This document shows positions 58,327 to 64,000 of a stretch of DNA of 64,000 bases, piece after piece (within the stretch, counting starts at the first letter, position 1; the number at the start of each line of letters is the position of its first letter). The position numbers and the translations under genes were made by a program. Under the pieces are notes generated by a model, which saw only the letters and a list, made by a program, of their open reading frames with translations, did no database searches and had not been told where the DNA came from. The stretch is from Octopus vulgaris. Its lineage: Eukaryota. The stretch spans positions 59,086,001 through 59,150,000 of the forward strand of contig OX597814.1 of the NCBI GenBank assembly GCA_951406725.2, written 5' to 3'.

Positions 58327-58511
58327 TGCAGTTCCGGCAGCCGGGGGTGTTTGTCTCCCCTCGTAAATGTATATAAGGACACAGGGAAAAATGTGTCAAA
58401 GCCATCAGGAGGCGTTCGATGCTTCCTAGGGCTATACAGCGGTGGTGTACCCCCTACTGTCACGTTCTTGTTAGATTGACAGTAAACAACCGTTCTATAT
58501 ATATATATATA

Positions 58512-58806
58512 TTTTGGTAAAAATGGTACGATAACCAAAGAAAGAAAGAGACCTCAATATTATGTAAATAGAGGAAATTCTCTGTAAAATAATATGTGAC
58601 AATAATTCAATAGCCAAGAGAAAACTCTGAGTTTCGGATAACGAAGTGGAAATCCACAACACCATCTCTTTGGTTATCTGGCCATCTGAAAAACGAAAAG
58701 GGCGTTTTTCAGATGGCCAGCTAACCGAAGAGATAGTGTTGTGGATATCCACTTCGGCATCCGAAACGCAGAGTTTTATCTTGGCTATTGAATGATTGTC
58801 ACATAT
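58512..58806. mobile_element. Fold-back element (~104-bp arms, 58592-58806, loop 58696-58702) with a hammerhead-like motif in each arm, bounded by (TA)n
   Basis: Arm consensus gataa CCGAAGA gat..gtggatatccac..atc c GAAA ctcagag TT ttatc (right arm 58720-58780). Confidence 0.72.
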
Positions 58807-58829
58807 ATATATATATATATATATATGCA

Positions 58830-58980
58830 AGGACTTAGTCAATTGCATTGACCTCAGTATTCAACTGGTATTTATTGTACCGACCCCGCAATGATGAAAG
58901 ACAAAGTCAACCTCGGTGAATTTAAACTCTGAATGTAAAGATGAAAGAAATGCCGCAAAGCTTTCTTTCGGGCGTACACA
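58830..58980 (-). mobile_element. Diverged SINE family A fragment
   Basis: ACTGGTATTTATT..CGACCCCGCAATGATGAAAGACAAAGTCAACCTCGGTGAATTTAAACTC. Confidence 0.65.
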
Positions 58981-59215
58981 AACAATTCAGTGCATTAGGT
59001 CTAACACCAACATAACAGAAAACGATGTCAAAACCAATCACCCACGCACGACAGCGCCACAACACATAAAAATCATACATTTAACACAGTACACACAAAA
59101 TACACTGAAATCGTTCTACCCAGATGCAGTAGGAAGATTTCAAAAATACCTATACAACAACATTCTGAGGAAATATTGTGAGGTGAAGGACAACCAACTT
59201 TCGAACAGTAAGTGA

Positions 59216-59252
<37 letters not shown>

Positions 59253-59329
59253 CCTCTCTCTCTCTCTCTATCTCTCTTTCATTCTTTACCATTTTCTTTC
59301 CTGTGTAAAGCACAACTTTCGATAGGAAC

Positions 59330-60655
59330 ATGCTCAGAATTGGTTGAATAAATGTGCGTGGCTTGGGGTCGCCTTGGAATCAAGGCTACCTGTTAAATAA
59401 CATCAAGTCAGAGAATGTGCATAACCTAGCCATCAGTGAGACCAGACTCCACAACCCACGGATCCTCTAGCATATTTTTGTGCGGACAATTCGACATTTA
59501 TTTTTCTCCGTGTCTGCCGAGAATGGGCTGTGTTGGTATCGCATTGATTTTTCGGAAAAGTCTGGCCCTCAAAAGCAGAGTTATATTCCTAGACCCGGAA
59601 AGTAGAAGTGGCATCGAGTCCAACATGGAGGCAGCAAGATTGGCCCTCGATTTACAATTCAACGCCAAACACGAACGATGCGTTGTCAGAGCTAGGATGC
59701 GTGCTCTGAGGAACGAAGGATTTGGAGCCGCACGAGAGTCACGAGAGGCGCAGGCGCAATGAGGCAAAAAAGTCACCATTACGTCTCTTTCAGATTAACA
59801 GGGGTGCGAATTACTCGAGCCTGAAATCATGTGTGAGACCTTTCAAAAGCACTTTGCCCCGACTGTTCGGGACAACTGGTGGGTCAGAACGCTGGGTGGC
59901 CTGTCACAACTCTCGGGAAGAGAGGCGGTATGTTGTGAAAGACCCATCACAGCGGCGGACATACGCAGGCTGCGCGGGAGAAAGTCGCCAGTTTTGGATT
60001 GTCTGCCCTACGAGTTTTATTGTCATATGCCAGACTTGTTTGGAGGTGTATTGGCAGCAGTCTACTACAGCTGGCAGCAAAACGGGAGTATCCCCAGTTT
60101 TGTGAAGCGAGGAGCGGTGGCACTGCTAAAGAAAGATCCAAACAAGGCGAATGTCATAGATAACTGCAGGCCCATCACTCTGCTCGACGCAGATTTGAAG
60201 ATTTTGGTCAATGTGCTAGCCGAGAGGCTGGCTCTTGTCCTCTAGAAACTGGTCAACAAGGCACAAACATGAGCCGTGCCGGACAGGAGTATCCATGACA
60301 ACCTCTATCTAATGCGCTACATCATAGACATAGTAGTTAAGGAACCTAGCATTGATGGGGGGCTAATTAATGTGGATCAATCGAAAGCTTTCGATAGGGT
60401 CTACCATAGCTACTTAGATCGGTTTGATCGGCCCCCTCTTCCGCTGTTGGATCGCTGCATTATACAGTGGCAGCCGCTCGGTAGTTCGCATAAATGGTTA
60501 TCTCTCCAGACCATTTAACATCAAGCGTTCGGTCCGTGAAGGATGCCCCCTATCGTCGCTTCTGTACGTATTGAATCTAGAGCCACTACTGTAGAAGCTT
60601 GCGATGCTGAGCGACATCCCGCGAGAAATGGGATGCAGGAGGAGCGTGTCTGGTA
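59330..60655 (+). mobile_element. L1/Tx1-clade LINE ORF2 remnant (APE start, large deletion, RT N-terminal half)
   Basis: MLRIG*INVRGLGS..LAISETRL; KSPVLDCLPYEFY; RPITLLDADLKILVNVLAERL; DRSIHDNL; DQSKAFDRV; SVREGCPLSSLLY. Confidence 0.85.
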
Positions 60656-60693
60656 AAAGAATAGATATGTGCATATGCGTGAGCATAATGTGC

Positions 60694-60732
60694 AGATAGA
60701 TAGATAGATAGATAAATATATAGATAGATAGT

Positions 60733-60792
<60 letters not shown>

Positions 60793-60834
60793 GTGATAGA
60801 TACATGCATGCATAATACATACATACAGAGAGGC

Positions 60835-60892
<58 letters not shown>

Positions 60893-60904
60893 GCAGATAT
60901 ATAA

Positions 60905-60959
<55 letters not shown>
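60694..60959. repeat. (GATA)n microsatellite
   Basis: Direct reading. Confidence 0.95.
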
Positions 60960-61769
60960 TGTTTCTTTATTAGCCACACAGGGCTGCACACAGACAGGAC
61001 AAATTACAAGGTAGAGCTTTTCTTTTGGGGGTAAAAAAGGGGGTTTGGTTTTGGATCAAAAGGGATCGTAAAAGGAAAGAAAGAGGACAAAAAATGGGGG
61101 GAAGGGAAAGGAAAAAAAGGTGGAAAGAAAAAAAGGGAAAGGAAAAAAAATGATCAATAGGGATCGTTATCACAGAAATGTCAATATAAAGTGTAAAGGG
61201 GAAGACATGTGAGGCTTACCCCTGGAAAGAAAAGCCTACGGAAAAGACCACGGTAACCTCGGTCAATGAAGTCATATGTTATTTTTTTTTTTACAAATAA
61301 GCAACTCTCTGTATTAATTTTTACGGTTCATAGGATTATAGTCAAGGTGGCTTCGTCATTCATACGTGCCATCCTTGCTACATTCACCCATCTTTTTTTA
61401 AAACATTCATTAGACAAAACTTGCCTCTCTACTCTCACTTTCCTCTTCAAGTGATACTTGAAGAAGTTGATGAGAGATTGACAAGAGAGGAAAGTGTTTG
61501 TCTCTAATCCTTTCAGGCGCGTCCACCAGATACATTCTTTCGCCATAGCCACAAGTATGATAAAAATAGCTCTTCCTTCCCGTTTGAAGGAAGGAGGTGT
61601 GACGATATTAACGATAGACTCGGCTGTTAAACCGACACGTCCCACACGTGACAGCAGTCGTTTGACATAAGCCCACAGGTCGGAGATTGTTGGACACTGC
61701 ACGATTGCGTGCAGAACGGTTTCGTCGCTCTGCCCGCATCTCGGGCAGGTCGGCCCCGTGTTTCTCGAC

Positions 61770-61770
<1 letters not shown>
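60960..61770 (-). mobile_element. L1/Tx1-like LINE 3' end (CCHC zinc finger, 3' UTR, AATAAA) embedded in (GATA)n
   Basis: CPRCGQSDETVLHAIVQCPTISDLW...FFKYHLKRKVRVER...FKKRWV. T-rich UTR ends GCTAATAAAGAAACATATCTATC. (GATA)n on both sides. Confidence 0.78.
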
Positions 61771-61865
<95 letters not shown>

Positions 61866-62245
61866 CGGGTGAATGGTGTAGAGCCTGTTCAATATGTAGA
61901 GATGAAGATATATTTCATCTTTCAAATTAAGTCATTTACAAACACTACACCAACCAATATAAAACCATCGGCCAATAAACGCATAAGCAAATAGATACAT
62001 ATGTTTGTGAGCATGGAAAATATGGTGACCGAGGATATGTACAACTAGTCATATTTTATGATCTGAACAGTCGACAGGAGTCGAATTTATTCCAGCAGCC
62101 TAGATAGAGTGGGCGAAAGTTAAGATGCTTAGCTGGAAGTTGTAAAAGTATTATGCATACAATCAACGTTACTGAAGTAATTCTAAAAGCGAAACACAGA
62201 ACTATATTTCTCCAGCATGGCTGCAGTTAAATGACTGAAACAAGT

Positions 62246-62329
<84 letters not shown>

Positions 62330-63866
62330 TGCATATTTATATTGCATGTATATGTTGTATATATGTCCACATACATGTATATATTGTATATTTTTCTATC
62401 TCTACATATATACACAAGATATATGTATGTGAATATATATGCAATGCATATACATATACTTACATACATATAAGTGTGGGTGTGCGTGGTAAAGCGTGGG
62501 GGTGTGTGGGGAAACGTGTGTATGTATGTTTGTGTTTGCTCATGTAGTTTTTGATGAACTTTATATTTTCGTGATATATGAGTACCCGTAATATATGACA
62601 GTTCTAAAGTGGTTGAAATTCAGCAGTAAGAAATTACGTTTTCATTCCACCACTGTATAATATATCTGGCAAATACACTTTAAAATAACAATAATTATGA
62701 AACGGTCTGTACGTGCTAAGTATTTAATTTTATTAGAGTATTAATACGCTTAACGTATATTAGTTTTGATGGAAATTAATCATATTATAGTTTTAAGGAG
62801 AAATATTTTCAGTATAACAATCGCAAAATTTTCTTTTTTTTTTCATATATCTATTACAATATAAAAGTCAAGCATTAATAGGGTTAAATCGTAATATTCT
62901 ATTCAGCCAAGAATGTTTCCGAAGCATATTATTATGCAATAAATATTAAATATATTTTGCTGTTTCAAAAAGTGTTAATAACCATATACGGCTGTATTTA
63001 CTTCGTACATGATATTAAGCGCATGCGAACTATTTTTGTTGATTGAGATTAGATATTATGGGAGAGAGTATAAGGTACTCAGTTATTTTTTGTATAAACG
63101 AAAGCCATCTATTCACTCTTCATTCGCAACTGCCGAAAAAATCTACAAAAATATGAATATAGTTTCATCTATGTATTTATGGATACCATACTGAAGATGG
63201 GAGCACGCATTATTCTGATCTTATATATATCTAAATAAGATCACAGAATCCTGAATCATTATAATAATGTAACTGCTGGACTCGCTTACAACCATAAATT
63301 TGTTTCAGAATAATAGTAAACTTATATTTTTATATAAAGAGTTAAATAGTCCCGATATTTATTTCTCCTTTGAAGCGATCGAGACAGCTTGTTTTGCCAT
63401 ATGTGAATCTCCGAGATGAGTAATTCCTGTGGTTGTAACTTGAGATTGGTAAAAGATGAAACACAATTTCCAAGTGTAAGATTAAAGGTGGAAATAACTT
63501 TTGGCCATATTGAAAATATAGGGTTTTGTAAGAAGAGTTAATGACTGCTTCACTGGACTTATATTGAAAAAAATATGTATCGAGCATGAATGAAGATATA
63601 TGTTTCCGGATGTAGTTCGTTCATGCTGCCATGATCAAAACCAATTTGGGAAACCGCATTCAGAACAAAAAATCCTATGATATTTATTGCATTTCATTGT
63701 ATTTTCTGATAAAAGTTATAGTCCGTTCTGACAGTATATGTGATGTCTCCTGTTGGTAGATCAGCAACTCGGATGGGAGATACGTTATGCTGGTTAGAGC
63801 GTATGCTTATGATTAATCTACAATGTTTCAGACAAACGTATGCATATATATATATATATATATATG

Positions 63867-64000
63867 CAGGAGTTGGACAAAAGAATGGAAACAACTTAAA
63901 ATTTCAAACAAATTTATTTTAATATGGGGTAGGACCACTTTTCTTAGTAATTACAACTTGCATTCCACAAGGTATGGACTCATACACAGATTTTTGTCCA
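63867..64000. mobile_element. Probable Tc1/mariner terminal inverted repeat region (runs off the window)
   Basis: Starts beside (TA)n with CAGGAGTTGGACAAAAGAATGGAAAC, resembling Tc1-type termini. The partner TIR is not in the window. Confidence 0.45.

Larger units (their letters stand above)
57756..58498. mobile_element. Retrozyme/pLTR-like fold-back element: two inverted, circularly permuted copies of a 361-362 nt hammerhead-containing monomer, bounded by (TA)n
   Basis: 57810-58132 is the reverse complement of 58175-58498 (6 substitutions, 1 indel). 57756-57815 is the exact reverse complement of 58131-58190. Confidence 0.85.

Noticed and set aside
57810-58498. 5 of 6 arm substitutions give G-T pairs in the plus-strand fold, suggesting an A-to-I editing footprint
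   Set aside because: Too few sites. The 5612-5776 palindrome shows no such bias (2 G-T, 2 A-C), and C-to-T decay explains it equally well.
57834-58538. Paired ORFs MKDNDPETRVPRC... on both strands
   Set aside because: A by-product of the inverted repeat. They overlap the ribozyme core, end differently in the two arms and show no protein motif.
63342-63587. Possible PLE linker/GIY-YIG remnant (..YGKTSCLDRFK..); similarly NQYPQCF at ~37333
   Set aside because: Too degraded to call without a profile search.

Overview
AT-rich, microsatellite-dense eukaryotic non-coding DNA (intron or intergenic). The SINE families and repeat landscape point to an octopus or other coleoid cephalopod; this is inference. 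No host protein-coding gene is recognisable, and nearly all listed ORFs are translated microsatellites. The recognisable content is mobile-element DNA: a 5'-truncated RTE LINE with a 666-aa RT ORF and a target-site duplication (TSD), R4/Dong-like LINE remnants in (TAA)n, L1/Tx1-like remnants next to (GATA)n, a CR1-type 3' end, Penelope-like (GIY-YIG) remnants, tRNA-derived SINEs of at least 4 families, and probable hAT and Tc1 remnants. The standout signal is a set of small non-coding elements, from about six unrelated sequence families, that carry minimal type I hammerhead ribozyme motifs. Most are arranged as head-to-head fold-back palindromes lying in or beside (TA)n runs. In two of them (57756-58498 and 8745-9646) the two arms are different circular permutations of one ~360 or ~315-340 nt monomer. 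That is what reverse transcription of a circular or multimeric ribozyme RNA would leave (retrozyme or Penelope pLTR-like). Several families share a non-canonical CCGANGA core.
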